The position numbers and the translations under genes were made by a program. A DNA stretch of 64,000 bases from a virus. The notes below the pieces were generated by a model. That model did no database searches. It was not told where the DNA came from and saw only the letters and a list, made by a program, of their open reading frames with translations. The DNA is taken from the IMG/VR virus record IMGVR_UViG_3300032893_000005, positions 1 to 64,000 of that record; one strand, written 5' to 3'. Positions 1 to 8,224 of the stretch are shown here, one piece after another (the first letter of the stretch is position 1; the number at the start of each line of letters is the position of its first letter).

Positions 1-3000
1 GTCTGAAACTGATCGTGGCCTCGCCTATCTTGAACGTGCTTACTGGCGTTGAACGAGCGAGTGCTGAAACCTGTGTCGTGCTCGCTGCCGCCTGGCCTAG
101 CAGAGTCATGGGCATGTTCTATGCTCTCTTGATGTTCAGAATGCAGCTTCTTCTCAACGTCTTCAGACAGCATGTCAGCCATGCGATGGCCTTCCTGCTG
201 CATCTTGGCCCAAGACTGCGTCAGGCGGTCTACCTTAGCCTTGTGAGCGTGCTTCAGGTACTGGTCGAAGGCCTTAGCTTGCTTGGCGCCAGAACTGTAC
301 GCTGCCTCGTGGATCTCAGGCAGACGGTTTAGAGCGTGAGCCATGCGCTGGCGCCCTTCCTGCGTGTTCACCACTTCACTTATGTGCCTTAACAGCTCAG
401 ACTTGTCATCGACCGGATACCCGTTGTCGACCATAGTGGCTCTGATAGCATGTAAGTCGTGTGGATGAACGAAGCTCAGGAGGTGGTCGACTGCGGGCTC
501 GCCGTGGTTGTCCATCAGGTAGTTGATGGGATACTCTAAGCCTTCGCTCTTGAAGATCTTAGAGTCAACGATTGCTCTAGCTGCTGCCGCATGGCGCTCC
601 CGCTCGACGTCGCTTAGCATACCGACATTCTTAGTGTCTTGAGCGCTAACACCAGCGAGCCGTGCGAGCTTAGGCTGCATCATGAACGCAGTTTTCTCGT
701 CCGACTGACGTTGCTCCGGCGTCATGGTAGAAGAAGCGGTAACTTGACCGAGCTGCTTCTGATACTCCCTCGGTGTCATACTGTCGGGTGTCATTAGTTG
801 ATGAGCGTACTCGTGCTCGGGCGAACCCCGCTCAGGCGTGAACAGAAGCTCGTTCTGCTTAGGGCCAACGCCGAAGCGATCTTGCCGGGACGCTCTCGCC
901 TTTATGCCTTGGCGTCCAAGCCAGCCGATGAAGCGCTTAGTGCGGTCATCGGAGCTTAAGTTCCGAGTCTTCTGACGCACGTTCTTCGAGCGCTTCTCTA
1001 GGACATCCTTCTCGGACGCCGCGAGCTGCTCATCTTCGTACTGAGTCAGGAAGTCGTGTAGTGGCTTCTGGGCAGGATGGAGGGCATCACGCTGAACCTT
1101 GAACCGGTTTTCCCAGATCAACTTCTTGGTAGCCGGAGACATGTTCGGCTGAGTCATGATGAGGTATCCAACGTCGCCGGGAGAATACTTTAGAGCTTTC
1201 TCGACGACCTTGTGCAGGAGTGGACCAGGAAGTTGGTTGACCGGCTCCTTACCATAACCGTGGTAGTGGTCTAAGCGTGACCAGCCGTTGTCCAGGGCAT
1301 TGACGTACTTCTCAACGACGTCAGCCGGTACGTCCGGGTGATTAACGATGGCCCTCTTGAGAGAAGACCTGTTGTTCCACGGAACCTGGTCAAACGAAGC
1401 GTGCAAGTTCCTGATCTCGTCAGGAGACATGCGATCGCGACGTATCAACTTCAGAGCCGAGTGGTCAAGCGGCGTCATGTTCATGTGATTGCGGCCTCTG
1501 GGAACTAACTGCATGACGTCAGACTCTTGAGCCGGTACAGGATTATGGCTAGAGACTAGGAACTCCTGCTCGTCGCCGTGATCGTCCGAAGAAGCTTCCT
1601 TAGGACCAACGTCGTACGAGTACCATACCTTACTGAGTGGAACCCATCGACGGTGTGCATGTTCTCCCAGAACTGGATGCTTCGTGTCAGAGTACGAAGC
1701 GAGAGCGTGGTCGGGTCCAGGAGTAGCGGTGCTGAGGCCACGAGTGAGGGCGACGCTGGGAACGCCGTTGACGTTCTTGATGTGCTGACCTGAGTATGTC
1801 TGAAGGAACTGATGTAACTTATTCTTGTGCTGGATGAGTTCGGCAGCCAATCCTTGAGCCTCGGCGACGAACTTCCTTAGAGCTGTCTTCCCGATGAGCC
1901 CGTTCTTCTTGCCCGCGTCACCCTTCTGATGATGAGTTAGGAAGTCAGAGTCGAGTACGTCCCTAGTTCCAGGATCAGCACCGTTGTAGGCATGTGCGTT
2001 TTCGATCCTGTGGATCATGTACTTGAGTGCCAACGCTCTTGGATGATGCGGTGAGTTCTTATATGACCGATAGAGGTCCTCAAGAGTAGCCTGGGGAGTT
2101 ATGGTCGTGTTTGGCTCGAGTTCGTCATTTTTCATCGGAAGATCTGGGTTATCGATCCGATGTTCTTCTTCGTCTGGATTATAGTCTGCCAATACCTTCT
2201 TAGGTTTGTAGTACGGGCCGACCTGACTCTCATCAATCACGTCTCCGTTAAGAGACTGCTGAAAGTTTGCGAACTCTTGTCCTGCGGGAGAGAAGTCTTT
2301 CCTAAGGTCTTCAAGACTGTCTTCACTCTTCTTGACCTTACTGAAACCGCGATCGTTGTAGCGAGCAAGCTCCTCGTCACCTCCACGATCGTGCTTCGCC
2401 TGATCCCAAGGATCGTCGAAGTGCATCTCTCGAACGGTAGGAACGTGCTTCCCTTCCTTCAACTCTTCGCCGTCTATGTGGTGACGGAAGTAGAGCGAGT
2501 TGCCGTGCTTGTCGCGTATGCCTGTGTAGAAGTCTTCGGGAGGCTCGGTGAACCACTGAGTGCCAGAGCCCTCGAGGTACTTGCCAGCATTTGGGCCATT
2601 GTAGAAGAAGAGCTTATGGTTGAACCCGTCAGACTCGATCGCACTCTCTTGGCCGTGCGCCTTGGCAATCTTGTGAAGAAGCTCAATGTTCTTAGGGCTT
2701 CTGACCATGATGGAGTTCTCAGGCGCACCGTAGTGTCCTTCTACCATCTGAGCATCTTCGCCTAGGTTCTTGAGTCGATCAACGACTTCTTCCGGCGTGC
2801 CCGAGGTCTGCTTAGGGTACATCGGGTTTTCGACAGTGAACAGGAAGTGATGTCCGAGAGTATGATCCTCAGACTTCTTCAGCAGAGAAGCCTTCTCGTG
2901 ATGCTCGGGCCGGATCTGCTCCTCAGCCTCGATCTCCTGAGGATGAAAGATGGCTACGACGTTACTCATCGTGCCGTGGCCAGAGTTCGTGAAGCCGTGG

Positions 3001-3329
3001 TAGCCGCGATCCTTGATCGCCTGCAGGTACTCGTCAGAAGTGACGAGGCCGGGGTTGGTGGTCTGGCCGGAGTTCTTCAGCTCTTGGTAGATGCTGTCTG
3101 GATCTTTGTAGACGTCGTAGATTCGCTGGCCAGGATGCAATGTTGCCCGATAGACGTGCGAGGCGCCGCTGGTTACGACGTTCTCTGGCGTAGTACCTTC
3201 AAGGTACCAATAACTACGAGTTACAGATGGAACTCCTTGTTTATTTTCTTCAGCAGGAGCGCCAGTCCCCTGCATCTCGGGGTTAATGGACTTAAGGTTT
3301 GACTTACGTGAATAATGAATTAGTTTCAT
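1..3329 (-). CDS. Modular polyprotein A (3'-truncated by window, >1100 aa): ART-like / SAM lyase-like / RSE-type ADP-ribosyltransferase / HExxH zincin / further module
   Basis: Not in the ORF track because it has no stop in the window. Hand translation from ATG 3329 (MKLIHYSRKSNLK..., ATGA overlap with the upstream stop) stays open to position 1. Motifs: GHYGAPENS..AKAHGQESAI, TRG..SYS..EQE, HEYAH. Linkers: LLKKSE, VKKSE, LAASE..LEKRS, IFKSE. Confidence 0.85.
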   Translation of the reverse strand, partial: MKLIHYSRKSNLKSINPEMQGTGAPAEENKQGVPSVTRSYWYLEGTTPENVVTSGASHVYRATLHPGQRIYDVYKDPDSIYQELKNSGQTTNPGLVTSDEYLQAIKDRGYHGFTNSGHGTMSNVVAIFHPQEIEAEEQIRPEHHEKASLLKKSEDHTLGHHFLFTVENPMYPKQTSGTPEEVVDRLKNLGEDAQMVEGHYGAPENSIMVRSPKNIELLHKIAKAHGQESAIESDGFNHKLFFYNGPNAGKYLEGSGTQWFTEPPEDFYTGIRDKHGNSLYFRHHIDGEELKEGKHVPTVREMHFDDPWDQAKHDRGGDEELARYNDRGFSKVKKSEDSLEDLRKDFSPAGQEFANFQQSLNGDVIDESQVGPYYKPKKVLADYNPDEEEHRIDNPDLPMKNDELEPNTTITPQATLEDLYRSYKNSPHHPRALALKYMIHRIENAHAYNGADPGTRDVLDSDFLTHHQKGDAGKKNGLIGKTALRKFVAEAQGLAAELIQHKNKLHQFLQTYSGQHIKNVNGVPSVALTRGLSTATPGPDHALASYSDTKHPVLGEHAHRRWVPLSKVWYSYDVGPKEASSDDHGDEQEFLVSSHNPVPAQESDVMQLVPRGRNHMNMTPLDHSALKLIRRDRMSPDEIRNLHASFDQVPWNNRSSLKRAIVNHPDVPADVVEKYVNALDNGWSRLDHYHGYGKEPVNQLPGPLLHKVVEKALKYSPGDVGYLIMTQPNMSPATKKLIWENRFKVQRDALHPAQKPLHDFLTQYEDEQLAASEKDVLEKRSKNVRQKTRNLSSDDRTKRFIGWLGRQGIKARASRQDRFGVGPKQNELLFTPERGSPEHEYAHQLMTPDSMTPREYQKQLGQVTASSTMTPEQRQSDEKTAFMMQPKLARLAGVSAQDTKNVGMLSDVERERHAAAARAIVDSKIFKSEGLEYPINYLMDNHGEPAVDHLLSFVHPHDLHAIRATMVDNGYPVDDKSELLRHISEVVNTQEGRQRMAHALNRLPEIHEAAYSSGAKQAKAFDQYLKHAHKAKVDRLTQSWAKMQQEGHRMADMLSEDVEKKLHSEHQESIEHAHDSARPGGSEHDTGFSTRSFNASKHVQDRRGHDQFQ

Positions 3330-3925
3330 GGCAATACAAACCTAACTCTTCCGTCTATCAAGACTTTCTTGCGCCTTCGTATAGAGGCAGCATGATTGCG
3401 AACGTGCCCTGCTGACTTTTTTCGTCCCAGTGCGGCCTTGGAAAGTTTCTCTTTATGTTCTTCGCTTAGAGGCCTGCCTTTCATCTTAGACGGTTTACCG
3501 GCCCTAGCCAATACACGCTTCTGAATATGTTCTGCGGACTGCTTTCTGCCACGCCAGTGGCTGGTGCCCGGTTTAAACTCAGTAGAAGGGCTAGCATGTT
3601 TGCCTTTATTAGCAATGGAGATTTTTTCCTTTACTACTTCAGACTTCTTTACTCCAGCAGATCCTTCTCCTCCCACAGACATATTAGCTTCGCAATACCC
3701 GAGGCTTTTATATAGGCGTATGAGTTCAATCTCCTTATCGAAGGCTTGTTTTTCCGTGAGATTTTTCGCAACAAACTCAAGCCTGCATTGAGTAAACTTC
3801 ATGATGTTTTTGAAGTAGCGGTTCCTGCCATCACTTTTCTTGTAAGCTCTCTTGCCGCATCCTTTACCTACGTAAAATGGGGTATTGGTATCTAATCTGA
3901 TATATCTATAAACGTAAAAGTTCAT
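3326..3925 (-). CDS. GIY-YIG homing endonuclease with NUMOD3-type repeats
   Basis: FYVY...FYVGKG..R..E..N; C-terminal SEEHKEKLS-like repeats; AT-richer than neighbours; 4-nt overlaps at both ends. Confidence 0.88.
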   Translation of the reverse strand: MNFYVYRYIRLDTNTPFYVGKGCGKRAYKKSDGRNRYFKNIMKFTQCRLEFVAKNLTEKQAFDKEIELIRLYKSLGYCEANMSVGGEGSAGVKKSEVVKEKISIANKGKHASPSTEFKPGTSHWRGRKQSAEHIQKRVLARAGKPSKMKGRPLSEEHKEKLSKAALGRKKSAGHVRNHAASIRRRKKVLIDGRVRFVLP

Positions 3926-4335
3926 AAATTACCACCGCCTAAGTCTTCCTGAGGAGTGGTGTACTGGAACTTACTGTCGTGGTCGTCCTGAGCCCGCTGA
4001 AGCAACTGGAAGTACTCGGGCTTAAGGACCTCGTCCTTGTGAGTCCACTCTTCCGGCTTGAACTTCTGAGCATGCTCTTCCCTTGCTTCGTGAAGCGCCT
4101 GGTCAAACTCAGCCTGACCTTCCGGGTCATCGCTGTAGTGATCGCGAAACACTTGAGGAGAGAAGTCGGCCATGTGGTGCTCGAACGCCAAGTTATGGTC
4201 AACGTAGTTGCTACGATGTAGGCCGTAGTTGTGTGCCCTGAACTTCTTCCGGTGCTCGTTGAGTGCGTTCTCGTAGTCTGACTTCGCCTTGAACTGCTTG
4301 AGGATGCCGACGACGTAGTTAGGATCGTTCATCAT
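3922..4335 (-). CDS. Hypothetical protein (His/Asp-rich, possible virion cargo)
   Basis: 137-aa ORF, strong SD (GGAGGAGG), overlaps the end of polyprotein B. Confidence 0.7.
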   Translation of the reverse strand: MMNDPNYVVGILKQFKAKSDYENALNEHRKKFRAHNYGLHRSNYVDHNLAFEHHMADFSPQVFRDHYSDDPEGQAEFDQALHEAREEHAQKFKPEEWTHKDEVLKPEYFQLLQRAQDDHDSKFQYTTPQEDLGGGNL

Positions 4336-7300
4336 CGCCTCCTCCCTTGTTCAAGTCTACCTCTTCTTCTTCGGATGCCGCGAGCTTGTCGTCGTCATCC
4401 TTGAAGCGTATCTTATCACCAAACATCTTCTTCTGTCGACGCTCTTCGATTTGACGCGCCCTGGCATGCTCTGGGTTATCGATCCAGCCTTGCAGAGGGT
4501 GAAAGATGATCTTCCTTGAGAGAACGTCCTCGATGCGCTGCCTGTTCTCGGGAGTGAGGAAGCGAGACTGACGAACTAGGTCAACCCACTTCTCCTTCTT
4601 CTTGCCGATGTTAACTCGAGTGCCAATTACTTGTGGAGGATCTTCAACTGACATGTACGGTGGAGCATCTTTACCTTCGGCTTCTGTGTAATACTTGTTG
4701 GCAGGAAGTCCAAGGTAGCGCCGGATCAACTGCTCAGCAGCCATAGGCTGAACTTCAGCGGAGTGCTTCTTCTGCTTCATGTACCCGTACTGACTCTGGA
4801 TGTCAGAGTACTGCTTGTCCATCAAAGACTGACCTGCCTTAAGGCCAACTCCCTTAGGAAGAAGCATCAAGTGAGCGATCTCATGGATCATGGCGTTCGG
4901 GTTCCACTGAGCCTCGAGCCTACCGCTTCTCCAGTCAGGCTTGTCTTCGCCTGGCTTGTCGTATCCAGGGCGGCGCTTGTTCTTCTTCTCGTCCCACTTA
5001 CCGCCGGACGGGTGAATCTTGAGCTGTAGGAAGTCTTGCGCGAACTTAGAGATATGCTTCATGTGCTTCTCGCGCATCTCAGATCCTGCGGGAGGTTGAT
5101 CCTTGGTTCCGAACACGTCGGCACGCTGCTCGCGGACGTTCTTCGACTTGTTCAACTCTTCGGACTTTCCGAACTGTTCCCTGCCGAGGTCTTCTTGCTG
5201 ATACTCCGAAGCTGCCAGTCGGCGAGGAGCCCGCCAGAGAGTATCGCTTTCCCTCCACATCTCGATCGGGTGAGTCTTAACCTTGATCGACGATGGATCA
5301 GCGATGAACCGATCGTAGACGTGCTTAGGAACGCTGATGTGTGGGATGTAGTTCGGAAACTTGTCAGGTCCGAGGTATTCCTCGAGGCCTTTGTGAACGT
5401 CCTGCATCCACTGCGGATGCTTCGTGAGCTTCAGTACGTGGTAGCGACCGTTCGGAGTATCGAAGATGTGAGGCTGAAGCTCGAACTTGTCTGGAACCAT
5501 GTGGGCCGTAGGTCCAAAGTAGTAGTCCAGGAAGTGCTTGCTTGGAGGATGCTCACCGGCGTGGCGTAGGGTTATGTGGTAGCGATGTCCGGTGACCGGA
5601 TCGCGAGTCTCGTCGTTGATCGTGACCGGCCACATCAGGTATGAGTGACCGTAATCCTTTTCGATGTGTGGAAAGTCCTTGTAGCGCCCAACTATGGGCT
5701 CGCCGACGTAGTCTGGCTCGCTCTTCTTTACCTTCATCTCTTCCCAGGTAGCGGGTTCATGAAAGAACTGATCCTCATAACCCTTCAGACTAGGATGTCC
5801 TAACTTACCCTTGGTAGGTACAAGTTCAGCCTGAACATGAGTATCTCCCCTCTTCTGAGCTGCGAGTACTCTATGATAGCCGTTAAGTAGATACATCTTT
5901 CCGTCTTTAACATGGACACCAACAGCTACCGGCTTGTCACTTACCTTAAAATCAGGAGTCCAATAAAAAGTCTTATGAGCATTTGCAACTCCTCCCGGAT
6001 CTTGATGGAGGTCTGAGATCTGGACCGTGGCAGGTTTTCGATAAACTTTCTTCTTGGCCTTATCTAGGTCATGCTCTGAGGCTGCGAGTTTCTCGGGCTT
6101 AGGCATGTAATCGGAGAAGTGACCGCGAAAGATAGAGTTGTGCTGCGGTTGGGAAGCGTCGGCAACGTAAACTTGATGGCGTTGACTTTCTTGATTGGGA
6201 TCTTTGGCGTATCGTCCAATCAACCCCTTCAGACCAGGGACGGATCTGAAGGAGAGCCACACTTTATGAGCTGCCGGTGAGACCCACGTATCAGACGACA
6301 GTCCTTGTTCCATTCCTTTCCCGTGAAGAAGTGCTGCTAGATAGGCTTGCTTACCGAGCCCTTTACCTCTCCACAACGGATGAACTTCAGACCACTGGAC
6401 TACGTTGGGTACCGTTCTTCCAGCGCCATGATACTCAGGGCCTTCGTTGGCTGTATGTACAACCGCTACGTTGGTATCGTATCCAGGATGAAAGATAGTG
6501 TGGACAAAGTTGTTTTCGTGCGGGAGCGCCTTCTTGTGCTGGTATTGACGGTATTGTAAACCATTAGGCAGCTTGACATTGTGAATGAGTTTATATTCTC
6601 TGCTATCATTGAAGATGTCATAGTCATGAGTTGCGTTCGAGGGATCTTGCTCATAGTCATACTGAAAGGGAGTCTTGCGAAGCGCCTCTGACTTCTTCAC
6701 GTCATCTTCGAGGGCGTTATGAGTGACGGTCTTGTAAGCAAGGTCCGGCAAGAGACCGGCCTTCTGATCTGCGTAGATTGTCTGGTGTGGGTTTGCGCGG
6801 TTATGCTCACCGTGCGGGCCGAAGTTGACCCAGGAGTTCTGACCGCGAGTTTCAGAAGTGAGGGCCTTCTGCGCCTCCGGCGAGTACATCTGCATGTGAT
6901 GTCGCCAAGCGTTCTCCTCACCGTTCGGACCAAAGCCGAAGCCTTCCTTCGCGTGACCGAAGTAGTCGTGCACGATCCTAAACATGTCGTTCGCCATCAT
7001 CGGCTTGCCGTGCTCGTCGAGGTGCTGAGTTGTCTGAAGCATTGGATGGGACTGGTCTACCTCGGCACCGGCTCCGTAACCGGTGCTGGTCGGGTAGTAC
7101 CACATGTGGTTGTTGTTTTCGATGTCGTGGAAGAGGTCTTTGGAGCCGTTCTTGTACGGGTTCTCCATGCCAGCAGGCATGGGCTCGATCTTTAAGCCGG
7201 TATTCTTGATGTGGGCGTACTGATCGCCGGTCTCGCGGACGAGCGCGTCGTACGCGGACTTCACTTCCGGGTGACTCGGGTCATGCTTCATCTGGTGGTA

Positions 7301-7510
7301 GGCGAGGGCGATCTTGGCAGCGTGATCACGATCAACCTTGACAGGCGCGATTGCATGGTTAAGCTGGATACCGCGTTGCGCGGCGTACTGGTCGGCGACC
7401 TGTCGGATGCGATCGTTCGGACGAGACTGCGCCTTCTCCAACTTCTCTTGGAGCTTCTGGGCCAGGACGACTTTGAAGAGGAGATCGACTTTAGACCGGA
7501 GATCAGGCAT
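4319..7510 (-). CDS. Modular polyprotein B (~1063 aa): HDxxGH metallopeptidase-like / GNAT / ParB-Srx-like / 2H phosphoesterase (Acb1-like) / HExxH zincin
   Basis: Motifs RIVHDYFGH..GEE; VHPLWRGKGLG; LLNGYHRVLA; YHITL..PHIS; HEIAH. ATG 7510 preceded by GGAG; LAASE / xxKS linkers between domains. Confidence 0.85.
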   Translation of the reverse strand: MPDLRSKVDLLFKVVLAQKLQEKLEKAQSRPNDRIRQVADQYAAQRGIQLNHAIAPVKVDRDHAAKIALAYHQMKHDPSHPEVKSAYDALVRETGDQYAHIKNTGLKIEPMPAGMENPYKNGSKDLFHDIENNNHMWYYPTSTGYGAGAEVDQSHPMLQTTQHLDEHGKPMMANDMFRIVHDYFGHAKEGFGFGPNGEENAWRHHMQMYSPEAQKALTSETRGQNSWVNFGPHGEHNRANPHQTIYADQKAGLLPDLAYKTVTHNALEDDVKKSEALRKTPFQYDYEQDPSNATHDYDIFNDSREYKLIHNVKLPNGLQYRQYQHKKALPHENNFVHTIFHPGYDTNVAVVHTANEGPEYHGAGRTVPNVVQWSEVHPLWRGKGLGKQAYLAALLHGKGMEQGLSSDTWVSPAAHKVWLSFRSVPGLKGLIGRYAKDPNQESQRHQVYVADASQPQHNSIFRGHFSDYMPKPEKLAASEHDLDKAKKKVYRKPATVQISDLHQDPGGVANAHKTFYWTPDFKVSDKPVAVGVHVKDGKMYLLNGYHRVLAAQKRGDTHVQAELVPTKGKLGHPSLKGYEDQFFHEPATWEEMKVKKSEPDYVGEPIVGRYKDFPHIEKDYGHSYLMWPVTINDETRDPVTGHRYHITLRHAGEHPPSKHFLDYYFGPTAHMVPDKFELQPHIFDTPNGRYHVLKLTKHPQWMQDVHKGLEEYLGPDKFPNYIPHISVPKHVYDRFIADPSSIKVKTHPIEMWRESDTLWRAPRRLAASEYQQEDLGREQFGKSEELNKSKNVREQRADVFGTKDQPPAGSEMREKHMKHISKFAQDFLQLKIHPSGGKWDEKKNKRRPGYDKPGEDKPDWRSGRLEAQWNPNAMIHEIAHLMLLPKGVGLKAGQSLMDKQYSDIQSQYGYMKQKKHSAEVQPMAAEQLIRRYLGLPANKYYTEAEGKDAPPYMSVEDPPQVIGTRVNIGKKKEKWVDLVRQSRFLTPENRQRIEDVLSRKIIFHPLQGWIDNPEHARARQIEERRQKKMFGDKIRFKDDDDKLAASEEEEVDLNKGGGDDERS

Positions 7511-7521
7511 AGACACTCCAG

Positions 7522-7540
7522 ATTAAGATGCTGGCCTAAA
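7522..7540 (-). promoter_or_regulatory. Putative late promoter TTTA-N7-ATCTTAAT upstream of polyprotein operon
   Basis: Minus strand TTTAggccagcATCTTAAT; same motif at four other structural-gene 5' ends. Confidence 0.65.
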
Positions 7541-7552
7541 GTGGCGAAACTC

Positions 7553-8119
7553 TTAGGAGTTCCGAAGGGTTATCTTGTTGGATTTAGATCGATTTTCAGC
7601 AGCGGGAAGAACCTGTAAGTTCCACGGAACATGAAGACCTGATACGTTTTCACCCTGCAGTGGTATGATATGGTCAACGTCCATAGCCACACCAAACTCT
7701 TTGGTGAGCCTCACCGCAGCATCGTAGAAGATCTCGATCTGCTGAAAGTGAGTCTCGGTAAGCCAAGGAGGGGTACGTTGGAGCTTAGCAAGGTCGTGCT
7801 TGGCAGCCTTGGCGCGTGCCTTAGCTGGATTACGTCTTTGCCAACGAGTAGAATGCAGAGTATGGGCCTCGGGATGACTCTTTCTCCAAGCCTCTCTTTG
7901 CTTAGATCGCTTTTCTACATTTTTTTGATAAAGAGATGAAAAACACGCCTTACAAGTACGCTGCAAACCATCGCCATTACAGCGATTTTTATGGAAACTG
8001 TCGAGAGATTTTTTATTTTTGCAAATTGAACAGTGTTTAAGGTGTGCTGAGCCGGACGCTACTCCGGCGGCATGCGTACTAGAGTTCATGCTTTCGCAGA
8101 TTACCTCTGTCTTCGGCAT
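7553..8119 (-). CDS. HNH homing endonuclease with N-terminal CxxC zinc module
   Basis: CSIC..CKAC; VDHIIPL..GLHVPWNL..N..KSN. Confidence 0.88.
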   Translation of the reverse strand: MPKTEVICESMNSSTHAAGVASGSAHLKHCSICKNKKSLDSFHKNRCNGDGLQRTCKACFSSLYQKNVEKRSKQREAWRKSHPEAHTLHSTRWQRRNPAKARAKAAKHDLAKLQRTPPWLTETHFQQIEIFYDAAVRLTKEFGVAMDVDHIIPLQGENVSGLHVPWNLQVLPAAENRSKSNKITLRNS

Positions 8120-8224
8120 CAGGTATTGTCTTCTCCCTGCGTGTTCCAGTGACTTATCCTTCAGGCTTTAATCCCAGCAGGCACCACAGCTTCCACGCCT
8201 TCAGCACATATTCAAAGTATCATG

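Noticed and set aside
15-3302. Plus-strand ORFs 15-332, 2160-2765, 2847-3302 and the apparent coding gap at 1-3.3 kb
   Set aside because: These are antisense shadows of the uninterrupted minus-strand polyprotein A frame; the region is neither non-coding nor recoded.
3326-3925. Group I intron around the GIY-YIG gene
   Set aside because: The ORF overlaps both neighbours by 4 nt, leaving no non-coding space for a ribozyme core; treated as free-standing.
8120-8224. Possible small ORF or RNA between neck gene and HNH
   Set aside because: Only very short frames without a convincing start, and no clear stable structure.
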